A stretch of 64,000 nt of DNA from an uncultured Pelagibacteraceae bacterium (lineage in GTDB: Bacteria > Pseudomonadota > Alphaproteobacteria > Pelagibacterales > Pelagibacteraceae). A program made the position numbers and the translations under genes. Under the pieces are notes generated by a model that saw only the letters and a program-made list of their open reading frames with translations, was not told the origin of the DNA and made no database searches. The stretch's first letter is position 1. Every line of letters begins with the position of its first letter. Below, piece by piece: positions 1-9,817 of the stretch. The stretch is taken from NCBI GenBank assembly GCA_902624585.1, contig CACNXU010000001.1, positions 7,053-71,052 on the forward strand. Direction: 5' to 3'.

Positions 1-1
1 G

Positions 2-583
2 TGGCTAGGAGGTGTTAAAATTAAGTACTTTATATATTCACTGATTACTTTCTTGATTTCACTCCCATTTATAATCTCATTTCTTAAACCTTATCAGAAA
101 CTAAGAATATTAACTTTTTTAGACCCAGATAGAGACCCTTTAGGTGCTGGATACCAAATTATTCAATCAAAAATAGCTATTGGCTCAGGTGGACTTGATG
201 GAAAAGGTTTTTTAAAAGGAACACAGAGTTATTTGGATTTTTTACCTGAAAAACATACAGATTTTATTTTTACTTTGTTTTCAGAAGAGTTTGGTTTTAT
301 AGGTTCAGTTGGTCTTTTAATATTATACTCCATAATAATTTTTAGAATTGTAAGAATAGGATCTATTTCAAGAAGCAATTTTGCTAGACTTTTTTGCTTT
401 GGTTATGCTTTTGCAATTTTTATTTATATTGTTGTAAACTTATCTATGGTGCTTGGTTTACTACCTATAGTTGGTTCTCCATTGCCTATAATGTCATATG
501 GTGGCTCCTCAATGCTAGCTACTATGATAGGTTTTGGCATAGTATTAAGTGCAAAAATCAATCATAAACAAATGATTGCATAA
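2..583 (+). CDS. rodA: Rod shape-determining protein RodA (SEDS family), 5'-truncated by window edge
   Basis: Frame open from position 2; DPLGAGYQIIQSKIAIGSGG, FLPEKHTDFIF and LPIMSYGGSS SEDS motifs. Confidence 0.95.
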   Translation, partial: WLGGVKIKYFIYSLITFLISLPFIISFLKPYQKLRILTFLDPDRDPLGAGYQIIQSKIAIGSGGLDGKGFLKGTQSYLDFLPEKHTDFIFTLFSEEFGFIGSVGLLILYSIIIFRIVRIGSISRSNFARLFCFGYAFAIFIYIVVNLSMVLGLLPIVGSPLPIMSYGGSSMLATMIGFGIVLSAKINHKQMIA

Positions 584-647
584 TTAAAACTTAAATTTGC
601 ATAATTTGTCACTCTCCTAATTTTTTTTTTACTAGTATAAAAGCTTG

Positions 648-1889
648 ATGAGTAAAAATCTTAATGTTGGAATAGTTGGAGCAGGTATCCAAGGAGTGTC
701 TAATGCTTTGTTCCTTCAAAAAAAAGGTTTTAATGTGACTATCTTTGATAGAGATAATCCAGGTAGTCAAGCTGCATCTTATGGTAATGCAGGACACTTT
801 TCACCTTATGCATCTCTTTCTTTAAATAGAACAGATATACTGGCGGATGTACCAGCTATGTTACTTAGTTCCACAGGCCCACTTGCTTTAAAGTGGAACT
901 ATGTTCCTAAAATGATTCCATGGTTTATGAAATTCATAATGAACACAACTAGAACCAAGATGATGCATACTGCTAAGAATATGCATCAAATATTAGATTT
1001 AGCTTTACCAGCTTATGATGAGTTGTTTGATGAGATAGACCTGGAGGGTTTGGTTGAAAACAAGGGTATCCTTTATGTATGGAATGATAAAGACTTAAAA
1101 AGTAGAGAATTAGAAATTAAAGTAAGAGAGGAATTAGGTGTAAAGCAACAATTAGTTACTAAAGCAGAAATACACGATCTTGAACCACATCTAAAACCAT
1201 TTTATCATGCGGGTGTATATTATCCTTATGCAAGACATGCAAGAAACCCAAAAAGAATTCTTTTAAAATTATTCGATTTATTTCTACAAAAAGGCGGAAA
1301 TTTCAACAAACAAAATATTAAAGATATAAGTCTTGATGATGAAAAACCAGTTTTTAAAACTGAAACTCAAAAATATGTTTTTGATAAAGCAGTTATAGCC
1401 TGCGGTGCATTTTCGAAAAAATTAACAGATAATTTTGGTGAAAAAATACCTTTAGATACTGAGCGTGGATACCATGTCCATTTCAAAAATTGTGATCATT
1501 TATTAAGTAGACCTGTAATTTATTCTAATCGTGGATTTGGAATAACACCAATGGAACAAGGGTTAAGAGTTGTCGGGACTGTAGAATTTGGTGGCTTAGA
1601 TAATCCATTATCTAAATCAAGAGTTAAGAATTTAATAAACAACGCAAAATATATGCTTGGAGACTTACCAGAACATGAGGATGAATGGTTAGGATTTAGA
1701 CCAACTTTACCTGATTTTTTACCTGTAATGGGACCATCAAAAAATTATAAAAATATTTATTATTGTTTTGGGCACCATCATTTGGGATGGACTTTAGGTC
1801 CAATTTCTGGAAAGATTGTTTCAGGAATGATAGCGAACGAAAATACAAATCTAGATTTAAAACCTTATAGCTCGCTTAGATTTAGTTAA
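648..1889 (+). CDS. FAD-dependent D-amino acid dehydrogenase family oxidoreductase (DadA-like)
   Basis: GIVGAGIQG Rossmann motif, ASYGNAG, ERGYH, WLGFRPTLPD, FGHHHLGWTLGP; ATG at 648 preferred over TTG at 645. Confidence 0.85.
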   Translation: MSKNLNVGIVGAGIQGVSNALFLQKKGFNVTIFDRDNPGSQAASYGNAGHFSPYASLSLNRTDILADVPAMLLSSTGPLALKWNYVPKMIPWFMKFIMNTTRTKMMHTAKNMHQILDLALPAYDELFDEIDLEGLVENKGILYVWNDKDLKSRELEIKVREELGVKQQLVTKAEIHDLEPHLKPFYHAGVYYPYARHARNPKRILLKLFDLFLQKGGNFNKQNIKDISLDDEKPVFKTETQKYVFDKAVIACGAFSKKLTDNFGEKIPLDTERGYHVHFKNCDHLLSRPVIYSNRGFGITPMEQGLRVVGTVEFGGLDNPLSKSRVKNLINNAKYMLGDLPEHEDEWLGFRPTLPDFLPVMGPSKNYKNIYYCFGHHHLGWTLGPISGKIVSGMIANENTNLDLKPYSSLRFS

Positions 1890-2792
1890 GTGACAAAAGA
1901 CAATAATTTTTTAGCTTATTTATATCTATTTTTGACAGTAACTTTCTGGGCAGGGAACTTTGTGGTTGGCAAGCTTGCAAGTTTTTATGAAGTTCCACCT
2001 TTTTCTTTAAATTTTTATCGATGGTTTTTTGCTTGGTTAATTTTAGCACCTTTTACAATTCCTGAAATTTTAGAGAAGAGAAATTATATAATTAAAAATT
2101 ATAAAATTTTTATTATTTTAGGAGTTACTAGTATAACAATATTTAATTCTATTGTTTATTATTCTCTAAATTTTACTCAGGTTATAAGTGGGGTATTAAT
2201 GATTTCAACTATACCTGTAATGATCATGTTGTTTTCATCAATATTAAAAATTGAGAGGACAAATTTATTTCAGATTATTGGGGTAATTTTTTCATTTGTA
2301 GGAGTAATTACAATTATTACTAAAGCAAATTTAGAAATATTAAAAAATTTAGATTTTAATAAAGGTGACATAACTATGGTAATAGCAATGTTTTCTTGGG
2401 CATTATATTCTACATTATTAAAAGGTAAAAAATATGAGTTAACTCAAATTTCATTACTTCAAGTGGTAATAACTTTTGGTTTAATATTTTTAATACCAGT
2501 TTATTTTATTGAATATCAAGTTGGTTTTAGAATTAATTTAGAATTACCTTTTATTTTAATTTTATCTTATGTAGTTTTGTTCCCAGGCTTGGCATCTTTT
2601 CTATTATGGATAAAAGGAATTTCTATGATTGGTGCAAATCGATCTGGTGTTTTTTTACATTTAATGCCAATTTTAAGTGCAATAATGGCGATGATTTTTT
2701 TTAGTGAAAAATTTATGTTCTATCATATTTTAGGTGCTTGTTTTATTATCACAGGAATACTGCTATCAAATAAGAAAGTTAAGAATGCTTAA
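1890..2792 (+). CDS. DMT/EamA family transporter
   Basis: About 10 hydrophobic segments, FWAGNFVVGK and two EamA-like halves; GTG start abuts upstream stop. Confidence 0.85.
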   Translation: MTKDNNFLAYLYLFLTVTFWAGNFVVGKLASFYEVPPFSLNFYRWFFAWLILAPFTIPEILEKRNYIIKNYKIFIILGVTSITIFNSIVYYSLNFTQVISGVLMISTIPVMIMLFSSILKIERTNLFQIIGVIFSFVGVITIITKANLEILKNLDFNKGDITMVIAMFSWALYSTLLKGKKYELTQISLLQVVITFGLIFLIPVYFIEYQVGFRINLELPFILILSYVVLFPGLASFLLWIKGISMIGANRSGVFLHLMPILSAIMAMIFFSEKFMFYHILGACFIITGILLSNKKVKNA

Positions 2793-3735
2793 AGTTGCTA
2801 TATTAGATGATTATCAAAATGTTGCTCAACAATTTGTAGATTTAGAAAAATTATCTGGAAAATATGAGTTTAAGATTTTTAGTGAACCTTTTATAGATGA
2901 GGCAGATGCAATTGAACAATTAGCTAATTTTGAAGCTCTATTGATAATGAGAGAAAGAACTCCAATTACAAAAAATTTAATTGAAAACTTAAATGATTTA
3001 AAATTTGTTATCACAAGTGGATTACGGAATAAATCTATTGATTTAGAAGCCGCGAAGAAAAGAAAAATTATAGTTTGTGGAACAGATATAAATGTTAATC
3101 CAACACCTGAACTTACATGGGCTTTAATTCTTGGTTTAGCAAGAAATTTTAAGGAGGAAATTGATAATATGTATCAAGGGTACTGGCAAACAACAATTGG
3201 CTTTGAATTAAAAGGCAAAATTTTAGGTTTAATTGGTTTAGGAAGAGTTGGTACAGAAGTAGCTAAAATTGGAAAAGCTTTTGGAATGCAAGTTATGGCA
3301 TGGAGTGAAAATTTAAGTCTAGATAAATGCAAAGAATTAGATGTTCTCCCTTCTAATAAGGATGATTTAATTACAAATTCTGATGTACTTTCAATTCATG
3401 TTCAAGGAGGTGAAAGATATAAAGATTGCATAACTTTAAAAGAATTAGATAAAATGAAAAAAACTTCCTTTTTAATTAATACTTCAAGAGGTCCTATTGT
3501 TAACGAGGATGATTTAATTATTGCATTGTCAACAAATGTGATCGCGGGAGCTGGAATCGATGTATATGATAAAGAACCATTACCAGAAAACAATAAGCTC
3601 AGATTTTTACCTAATGCATTACTTACGCCACATATTGGTTATGTGACAGCTGAAAATTATAGTATTTTTTATAATCAAATGATTGAGGGGCTTGAGGCTT
3701 GTGTTAATGGAAAGCCAATTAGAGTTTTAGAATAA
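2785..3735 (+). CDS. D-2-hydroxyacid dehydrogenase family protein
   Basis: KVAILDDYQ, MRERT, GLIGLGRVG, INTSRG, LTPHIGYV; ATG 2785 overlaps the upstream gene end. Confidence 0.9.
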   Translation: MLKVAILDDYQNVAQQFVDLEKLSGKYEFKIFSEPFIDEADAIEQLANFEALLIMRERTPITKNLIENLNDLKFVITSGLRNKSIDLEAAKKRKIIVCGTDINVNPTPELTWALILGLARNFKEEIDNMYQGYWQTTIGFELKGKILGLIGLGRVGTEVAKIGKAFGMQVMAWSENLSLDKCKELDVLPSNKDDLITNSDVLSIHVQGGERYKDCITLKELDKMKKTSFLINTSRGPIVNEDDLIIALSTNVIAGAGIDVYDKEPLPENNKLRFLPNALLTPHIGYVTAENYSIFYNQMIEGLEACVNGKPIRVLE

Positions 3736-3737
3736 CT

Positions 3738-4637
3738 ATGGATTTACCAGTTGTAAATCATGAGGACTATTTTGCAAAAATTGGAGATGATCACAAATTT
3801 CCAATCAAAAAATTCGGAGAATTAGCAAATTATCTTAAGAAAAATGAAATAGTTAAAAAATTTCATAAACCATACGCCTGTTCATTTGAAACATTAAGTC
3901 ACGCACATTCAAAAAATTATATTTCAAAAATAAAAAACAAAACACTCAGTAAGGAGGGCATAAAAAAAATTGGATTTCCACTTGTAGATAGTGTTGTACA
4001 AAGATCTTTAGTTGCTACTGGTGGAACTGTTTTAGCATCTAAACTAGCAATTAATTATGGTATTTCATGCAATACGGCAGGTGGCAGTCATCATGCTAAT
4101 TACGATGGAGGTGCCGGATATTGTGTTTTTAATGATGTAGCGGTTGCAGCTCATTATTTAATTAATAGAGGTTTAGCTAATAAAATATTAATTGTTGATT
4201 TAGATGTTCACCAAGGAAATGGCAATTCAGAAATTTTCAAAGACAACAGAAGTGTTTTTACATTCAGTATGCATTCCAAAACAAATTACCCAGTTAAAAA
4301 ATCAAATAGTGATTTGGATGTGGAGCTTGAGGACAATTTAGAAGATAATGCCTACATCAAAACTTTAAAATACTATTTGAGCGAACTAAATAAAGAAAAT
4401 TTTGATTTTGTTTTTTATATAGCAGGAGTTGATATTCATTTTAATGATCGATTAGGTAAATTAAAAATTTCTGATGAGGGCATTAGACTAAGAGACGAAT
4501 TGGTTGTAGAAAATTTTTTTTCACAAAGAATACCATTTTGTGGAGTATTAGGCGGTGGTTATAATAAAGATTTCAACAAACTTGTAGAATTGCATTCAAT
4601 ATTGCATCAATCTTGTGCTAAATATATAGGATCATGA
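3738..4637 (+). CDS. Histone deacetylase family Zn-dependent deacylase
   Basis: HKFP, GGSHHA, GYCVFND, DLDVHQGNG, DRLG, GGGY motifs. Confidence 0.9.
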   Translation: MDLPVVNHEDYFAKIGDDHKFPIKKFGELANYLKKNEIVKKFHKPYACSFETLSHAHSKNYISKIKNKTLSKEGIKKIGFPLVDSVVQRSLVATGGTVLASKLAINYGISCNTAGGSHHANYDGGAGYCVFNDVAVAAHYLINRGLANKILIVDLDVHQGNGNSEIFKDNRSVFTFSMHSKTNYPVKKSNSDLDVELEDNLEDNAYIKTLKYYLSELNKENFDFVFYIAGVDIHFNDRLGKLKISDEGIRLRDELVVENFFSQRIPFCGVLGGGYNKDFNKLVELHSILHQSCAKYIGS

Positions 4638-5008
4638 CAAAAAAAATAAATTCTAACTTAACTGCAGAACAAAAATTAATTCTGTTTGAAGAAGGAACTG
4701 AGCGTGCAGGTTCAAGTGAACTTAATAATGAAAAAAGAGAGGGAAGTTTTCATTGTGCAAATTGTGATGAGAAATTATTTGACTCAAAAACAAAATATGA
4801 GAGTGGTTCAGGTTGGCCCTCATTTTATGAATCTTTACCAGACGTCTTTGAAACAAAGACAGATCATCATATAGGATATGCAAGAACCGAGTATCATTGT
4901 AAAAAATGTGGTGGTCATCATGGTCATATTTTTGATGATGGTCCAGAGCCAACTGGAAAAAGATACTGTAATAATGGGGTATGTTTAGTTTTTAAACCTA
5001 AGAGTTAA
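4634..5008 (+). CDS. msrB: Peptide-methionine (R)-S-oxide reductase
   Basis: GTER, CxxC, KYESGSGWPSF, RTEYHC, HGHIFDDGP, RYCNN. Confidence 0.95.
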   Translation: MTKKINSNLTAEQKLILFEEGTERAGSSELNNEKREGSFHCANCDEKLFDSKTKYESGSGWPSFYESLPDVFETKTDHHIGYARTEYHCKKCGGHHGHIFDDGPEPTGKRYCNNGVCLVFKPKS

Positions 5009-5013
5009 AATTA

Positions 5014-6246
5014 ATGTTTGAAAATATTGATATCGGATTAATCAAAAAAGAATTAAGGGACCAATCAAGAAATTATAAACAAAATTTTATCAATATTGAA
5101 CAATTTATAAAAAATGAAATACAAGAAATTTTAAATCTTAAGAAAAATAATAAGCCTATAATTCCAGAAATAAGGTTTAATGATATAAAACAAAAAAAAT
5201 CTAAATTATTAGAAGATATCAAAAAAAGAGGCTGCGTAATAATTAGAGATGTTTTTGAGGATACATTTGTTAGAAATTTAAATAATCAATTAGAAAAATA
5301 TATTGATGAAAATAATTATTATGAAGATCAAAGAAAGAAAGCTGATTTAGACAAATATTTTAGTGATTTAAAATCAGGAAAACCACAAATATATGGTTTG
5401 TATTGGTCTAAAGCTCAAATAGAAATTAGACATTCTGAGCAGATGGCTAAAGTACAAAGATGGCTTAATAATCTTTGGATTTATGAAAATGAAGAATATA
5501 AAGTTTTTGATCCAAATAAAGAGTTGTCCTATGCAGATAGAGTAAGAAGAAGAGAGCCTGGCGATGATACATTGGGATTATCTCCGCATTGTGATGCAGG
5601 TTCTGTTGAAAGATGGACAGACAAAAATTACCAAAAAATTTATCACGAAATATTTGCTGATAATTTTGAAAAATATGATCCTTTTAATGCAAAATTTAGA
5701 GATAGAATAATAGAGTTCGAGTCTCCTGCAGTTGCGCATGTATTTAGAACCTTTCAAGGATGGACTGCTTTAACAGAGCAAGGTCCAAATGATGGTACAT
5801 TGCAATTAATACCTATTTCAAAAGGAATGGCATATGTTCTTACAAGAGCATTACAAAATGATGTTCCCGAAAGTGAATTATGTGGTTCTAAACCTGGAAG
5901 AGCATTATCAGTTAATAAAGATTATCATTCTTTACTTTTAAAAGGTTTAATATCTATTCCAAAAATGAAACCAGGTGACACAATATGGTGGCATCCTGAT
6001 GTTATTCATGCAGTAGAAGATAAACACTCAGGAAAAAATTTTTCTAATGTTGTTTATGTTGGTGCAACCCCTTATTGCAAAAAAAATCTTGATTATACAA
6101 TAAAACAGTCAATAAAATTTTTAGAAGGTAAAAGTCCACCAGATTTCGCAGCTGAAGACTACGAGATTAATTATAAAGGTAGAGTTAAATTAAAAGATTT
6201 AAGTCTATTAGCAAAAAAACAACTTGCTTTAGAGGAATGGAATTAA
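5014..6246 (+). CDS. YbiU/DUF1479 (Gig2-like) putative Fe(II)/2-oxoglutarate oxygenase
   Basis: YADRVRRREPG, LSPHCDAGSVERW, FRTFQGW, WWHPDVIHAVE, SPPDF. Confidence 0.85.
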   Translation: MFENIDIGLIKKELRDQSRNYKQNFINIEQFIKNEIQEILNLKKNNKPIIPEIRFNDIKQKKSKLLEDIKKRGCVIIRDVFEDTFVRNLNNQLEKYIDENNYYEDQRKKADLDKYFSDLKSGKPQIYGLYWSKAQIEIRHSEQMAKVQRWLNNLWIYENEEYKVFDPNKELSYADRVRRREPGDDTLGLSPHCDAGSVERWTDKNYQKIYHEIFADNFEKYDPFNAKFRDRIIEFESPAVAHVFRTFQGWTALTEQGPNDGTLQLIPISKGMAYVLTRALQNDVPESELCGSKPGRALSVNKDYHSLLLKGLISIPKMKPGDTIWWHPDVIHAVEDKHSGKNFSNVVYVGATPYCKKNLDYTIKQSIKFLEGKSPPDFAAEDYEINYKGRVKLKDLSLLAKKQLALEEWN

Positions 6247-6500
6247 TTATTCAATAAATCTTGAAGTTTATTATCTTTTTCTAACGCTCTTACTTCGTCG
6301 TAACCACCTATGTGCAATTCATCAAAAAAAATTTGTGGAATAGTTCTTTTACCATTCGCTTTTTTTATCATTTCATCCATCGCTCCATCCACTTTTGAAA
6401 TATCGATTTCATTATAAGGCGCGTTGTTCCTTGTCAGCAACCTTTTAGCAGCTTCGCAGTAACCACATCTTGGACCTGTATACATTGTAATTTTTTTCAT
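6243..6500 (-). CDS. grxC: Glutaredoxin 3
   Basis: CGYC active site, RTIPQIF, HIGGYD. Confidence 0.9.
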   Translation of the reverse strand: MKKITMYTGPRCGYCEAAKRLLTRNNAPYNEIDISKVDGAMDEMIKKANGKRTIPQIFFDELHIGGYDEVRALEKDNKLQDLLNN

Positions 6501-6503
6501 GGA

Positions 6504-6800
6504 CTATAAATAGTCACCTTTTTTAATTTTACTAGTGATTTCTTTTCGAGAGTATTCGAATTTTTTTCGATGTTTTATACTTTTTTGATTTACTCTTTTT
6601 CTCCATAATCTGAAAGAGGATGGTTTTAAGGATCTTCTCATAATTTTAATTACGTCAGATTCTTTCTTTCCTGTTTTTTTTTCAATTTCTTCAAAAGTAA
6701 TTCTATCTGCCCAAGCTGCCCAAATGATCCAATCAGGATCGTCCATTTTGGGTTCTGGATTTTTGACTTTGGTTACTGGCCTGTGACCTTTTTTTTTCAT
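6504..6800 (-). CDS. TIGR03643/DUF2805 family small basic protein
   Basis: IWAAWADRITFEEI...VIKIMRRSLKPSSFRLWRKRV signature. Confidence 0.8.
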   Translation of the reverse strand: MKKKGHRPVTKVKNPEPKMDDPDWIIWAAWADRITFEEIEKKTGKKESDVIKIMRRSLKPSSFRLWRKRVNQKSIKHRKKFEYSRKEITSKIKKGDYL

Positions 6801-6829
6801 AAATCCCTTATATTTGAAAAAAAAATTTA

Positions 6830-6858
6830 ATGCATTTTTTTTTACCCTCTGATATTAT
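6830..6858 (+). promoter_or_regulatory. Putative sigma70 promoter for the hairpin RNA / lysE
   Basis: ATGCAT(6830-35)-N17-TATTAT(6853-58); predicted start site near 6864, the first base of the hairpin. Confidence 0.45.
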
Positions 6859-6863
6859 GTGGT

Positions 6864-6918
6864 AGATAGTCCTTCTTAGCCATCTTTAGCTCCCGGTTTT
6901 TAAGGACTATCTTTTTTT
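6864..6918 (+). ncRNA. Structured RNA hairpin upstream of rhtB/lysE (probably the Pelagibacter 'rhtB' candidate RNA motif)
   Basis: Perfect 11-bp inverted repeat AGATAGTCCTT(6864-74)/AAGGACTATCT(6902-12), 27-nt loop, U-run ending at the ATG; identity with the published motif is inferred from position only. Confidence 0.6.
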
Positions 6919-7533
6919 ATGCTCCCCCTAGATTTCATTCTCTACTTACAGATTATAATTTTTTTATTTATTACCCCAGGAACTCCTAGAATCGTAATTA
7001 TCTCATATTCTATGAATTATGGAGTTGCAAAGTGTGTTTGGTCTGCTTTTGGAGATGTGACGGCTAATTTAATTCAAGCCACTTTAGTAATTTTTGTAAT
7101 TGGATCTTTCTTTGCTGAAAGCTCAACAATATTGAATATTTTTAAATGGGTAGGAATACTTTATTTGTTGTATCTTGCTTATGATATTTACAAATCAAGA
7201 CCAAAAGATATTACTGACAAAAGTATATTAACAAAAAGTAATTTATCTTTTTATAAAGATGGTTTTTTAGTTGCAGGAACAAGTCCAAAAGCTTGGATGT
7301 TTTTTCCTTTTATATTTCCACAATTTATTGACTTTAATGAAAATTATTTAGCTCAATTCTTAATTTTAATTACAACTTATATTGTTTTAGATTTCATATC
7401 CTTAATGGGTTATGCGATGCTCGCACAAAAATTAATTAGTTGGATAAAAGCAAATCCAAAAACTATAAATACAATTTCTGCGAGTGTTTTAGTGATAATA
7501 GCTATTATTATCGTTGTTACACAACAATATTAA
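6919..7533 (+). CDS. rhtB: LysE/RhtB family amino acid exporter
   Basis: FITPGTP, KWVGILYLLYLA, GFLVAGTSPKA; 6 hydrophobic segments. Confidence 0.8.
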   Translation: MLPLDFILYLQIIIFLFITPGTPRIVIISYSMNYGVAKCVWSAFGDVTANLIQATLVIFVIGSFFAESSTILNIFKWVGILYLLYLAYDIYKSRPKDITDKSILTKSNLSFYKDGFLVAGTSPKAWMFFPFIFPQFIDFNENYLAQFLILITTYIVLDFISLMGYAMLAQKLISWIKANPKTINTISASVLVIIAIIIVVTQQY

Positions 7534-7557
7534 TCCTAGAGATGTCTTTATTGCCAC

Positions 7558-7586
7558 TTGCATAAAATACTTTTTCTTTATTTAAT
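7558..7586 (+). promoter_or_regulatory. Putative sigma70 promoter of the first Liv-type ABC operon
   Basis: TTGCAT-N17-TTTAAT; SD-like AGAGGA before ATG 7621. Confidence 0.55.
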
Positions 7587-7620
7587 CAGCAATTAATTAA
7601 TTAATTTAAGAGGAAATAAA

Positions 7621-8859
7621 ATGAGATTAAATAAAATAATTTTAAGTTTTGTTTCTGCATTAGTAATTTTATTATCAACTTCCGTTGCTTCTTTTGCAAA
7701 AGTCGTAGGTGATAAAATTATTTTAGGTGCTGCAATTTCCCTAACTGGTAAATACTCATCTAATGGTGTTCATACTCAAAACGGATATAATATGGCCGTT
7801 GATAGAATTAACAGCATGGGTGGTGTTAAAGTCGGTGGAAAAACTTATAAGTTTGATATTATTTATTATGATGATGAGTCAAACCCTAAGAGAGCCGCAC
7901 AGCTTGCAGAAAGACTAATATCACAAGATGGTGTTGAGTTCATGCTTGGCCCATACAGTTCTGGTTTAACAAAAGCGATTGCTCCAGTAACTGAAAAATA
8001 CGGTGTTCCAATGGTTGAAGCAAACGGTGCATCTAGATCTTTGTTTACGAAAGGTTACAAATATCTATTTGCTGTACTAGCTCCAGCTAACTTATATCTT
8101 GATGTTGCTATCGAAACAGCGGTTGAGTTAAATGGTGGAAAACCAGTAAGAATTGCACAAGCGTTTGAACAAGATGCATTCTCACAGGACGTTAGATTAG
8201 GTATTTTAGATGCTGCAGAAAGAACTGGTTCTAAAATCATAATTGACGATAAATTACCTAAAGAGCTAAATGATATGGCTGCTACTTTGGTTAAAGTAAA
8301 ACAAATGAAACCAGATGTACTTGTTGTATCAGGTCACACAAAAGGTGCGTTAACTGCGATCAGACAAATTGCTGAAATGAAAGTTGATGTTCCTATGTTG
8401 GCTATGACACACTGTGATGCTGCTAAGCTATCTAAACAGCATGGTAAAAATTCGCAGTATGCATTATGTGCTTCTCAATGGCATAAGTCACTTACTTATA
8501 AAGATGATTTCTTTAAAGATGGTATGACATACGCGGCTGACTTCCAAAAAGAATTTGGATATGACCCACCATATCAATCTGCTGAGTCTTCAGCTGCTTT
8601 ATTGGTATTCAAAGATGCATTTGAAAGAGCAAATTCTTTTGATCAAAAGAAAGTAAGAGATGCTCTTGCAGCTACTAATATGCAAACATTCTATGGAAAT
8701 ATTAAATTTGCACCTGGTGGTCAAAATGTTGACAAACCTATGGTACTTTTCCAAGTAATGTGTGATGCTTCAGGAAGTTGTGAAAACAAAGTTGTTGCTC
8801 CATTAAAATGGGCATCAGCTAAGTTAATTCACCCAATTCCTAAGTGGTCTGAAAGATAA
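7621..8859 (+). CDS. Liv/HAAT-family ABC transporter substrate-binding protein
   Basis: Signal peptide, ILGAAISLTG, YYDDES, GPYSSG, TFYGNIKF. Confidence 0.9.
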   Translation: MRLNKIILSFVSALVILLSTSVASFAKVVGDKIILGAAISLTGKYSSNGVHTQNGYNMAVDRINSMGGVKVGGKTYKFDIIYYDDESNPKRAAQLAERLISQDGVEFMLGPYSSGLTKAIAPVTEKYGVPMVEANGASRSLFTKGYKYLFAVLAPANLYLDVAIETAVELNGGKPVRIAQAFEQDAFSQDVRLGILDAAERTGSKIIIDDKLPKELNDMAATLVKVKQMKPDVLVVSGHTKGALTAIRQIAEMKVDVPMLAMTHCDAAKLSKQHGKNSQYALCASQWHKSLTYKDDFFKDGMTYAADFQKEFGYDPPYQSAESSAALLVFKDAFERANSFDQKKVRDALAATNMQTFYGNIKFAPGGQNVDKPMVLFQVMCDASGSCENKVVAPLKWASAKLIHPIPKWSER

Positions 8860-8870
8860 AATAAAATAAC

Positions 8871-8901
8871 AAAGCCCCCTAGTCATAGGGGGCTTTTTTT
8901 T
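8871..8901 (+). terminator. Intrinsic terminator/stabilising hairpin after the binding-protein gene
   Basis: AAAGCCCCCTA-gtca-TAGGGGGCTTT followed by T-run. Confidence 0.85.
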
Positions 8902-8923
8902 ATATAACCCAAAAAAAACTTTT

Positions 8924-9817
8924 ATGGATTTTCTTGTATTTCAATATCCAATGATAACAGTTCAAGCTTGTTTGGATGGAATTCTTTTAGGTGTTTTATT
9001 TGCATTAATTGCTTACGGAATGGCACTTCAATGGGGTGTGATGAATATAATTAATATTGCACAAGGAGATCTTGTTATTTTGGGGGGATACATAGCATAT
9101 TTTATGTATCTTTACGGTATTCATCCAGCATGGGGTGTAATTGTTGCACCAGTAATAATGTATTTTGTAGGTATAGCAATTTACAAACTCGTAATAAATA
9201 AAGTAGTGGATAGAGATTTATTTATCTCAATCTTAGCGACTTTCGGAATAAGTATTTTGTTCATGCAATTAATGAACTTTGCATTTGGAGCAGACGTTGT
9301 GCTTGCAAACTCAGGGTATGGAACAACTATGTTATTTGACAGCAACGTTGTTTTACCTAATTCAAAAATATTTTCAGCATTCATAAGTATTTTATTTGCT
9401 GCTTGTTTAGTAATTTACATGAAAAAATCTAAGCTTGGCCGCGCTATTAGAGCTACAGCTCAAAATGCAAGAGCTGCTAAAATTTTAGGCGTTGATACAG
9501 AAAAAGTTTACGCTGCAACATTTGGTATAAACGCAGCACTTTGTGGTGTTGCTGGAGCATTAATTTCTATAACATTTACAATTCACCCTTATATGGGATT
9601 ACCATATACAATTCGATCATTTATGATCGTTATTGTTGCGGGTCTTGGGAATTTACCAGGAGTTGCAATGTCAGGTATGGGATTAGGTGTATTTGAAGAA
9701 TTTGCAGACTATATTCTAGGAACAGAATTTAGAATTGGCTCAGTATTTTTACTATTGGTATTAATTTTAGTTTACAGAAGATTTAAACTTTCAAGAAAAA
9801 GAGAGTACCTAAAGTGA
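8924..9817 (+). CDS. livH: Liv-type ABC permease (LivH-like)
   Basis: GVMNIINIAQG, LGRAIRATAQN, AGLGNLPG. Confidence 0.9.
   Translation: MDFLVFQYPMITVQACLDGILLGVLFALIAYGMALQWGVMNIINIAQGDLVILGGYIAYFMYLYGIHPAWGVIVAPVIMYFVGIAIYKLVINKVVDRDLFISILATFGISILFMQLMNFAFGADVVLANSGYGTTMLFDSNVVLPNSKIFSAFISILFAACLVIYMKKSKLGRAIRATAQNARAAKILGVDTEKVYAATFGINAALCGVAGALISITFTIHPYMGLPYTIRSFMIVIVAGLGNLPGVAMSGMGLGVFEEFADYILGTEFRIGSVFLLLVLILVYRRFKLSRKREYLK

Noticed and set aside
621-630. Homopolymer A/T runs (e.g. 621-630, near 6820, 26316-26325, 29533-29542) as phase-variation or frameshift sites
   Set aside because: Common in AT-rich genomes; flanking frames are intact with no split genes
2734-2784. N-terminal extensions in the ORF track (2734, 27536, 31167, 31850, 645)
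   Set aside because: Downstream ATGs give normal family N-termini, stop/start coupling or a clear SD
7591-7606. AATT tandem/palindromic run before the first SBP gene
   Set aside because: Low-complexity AT sequence expected at this base composition
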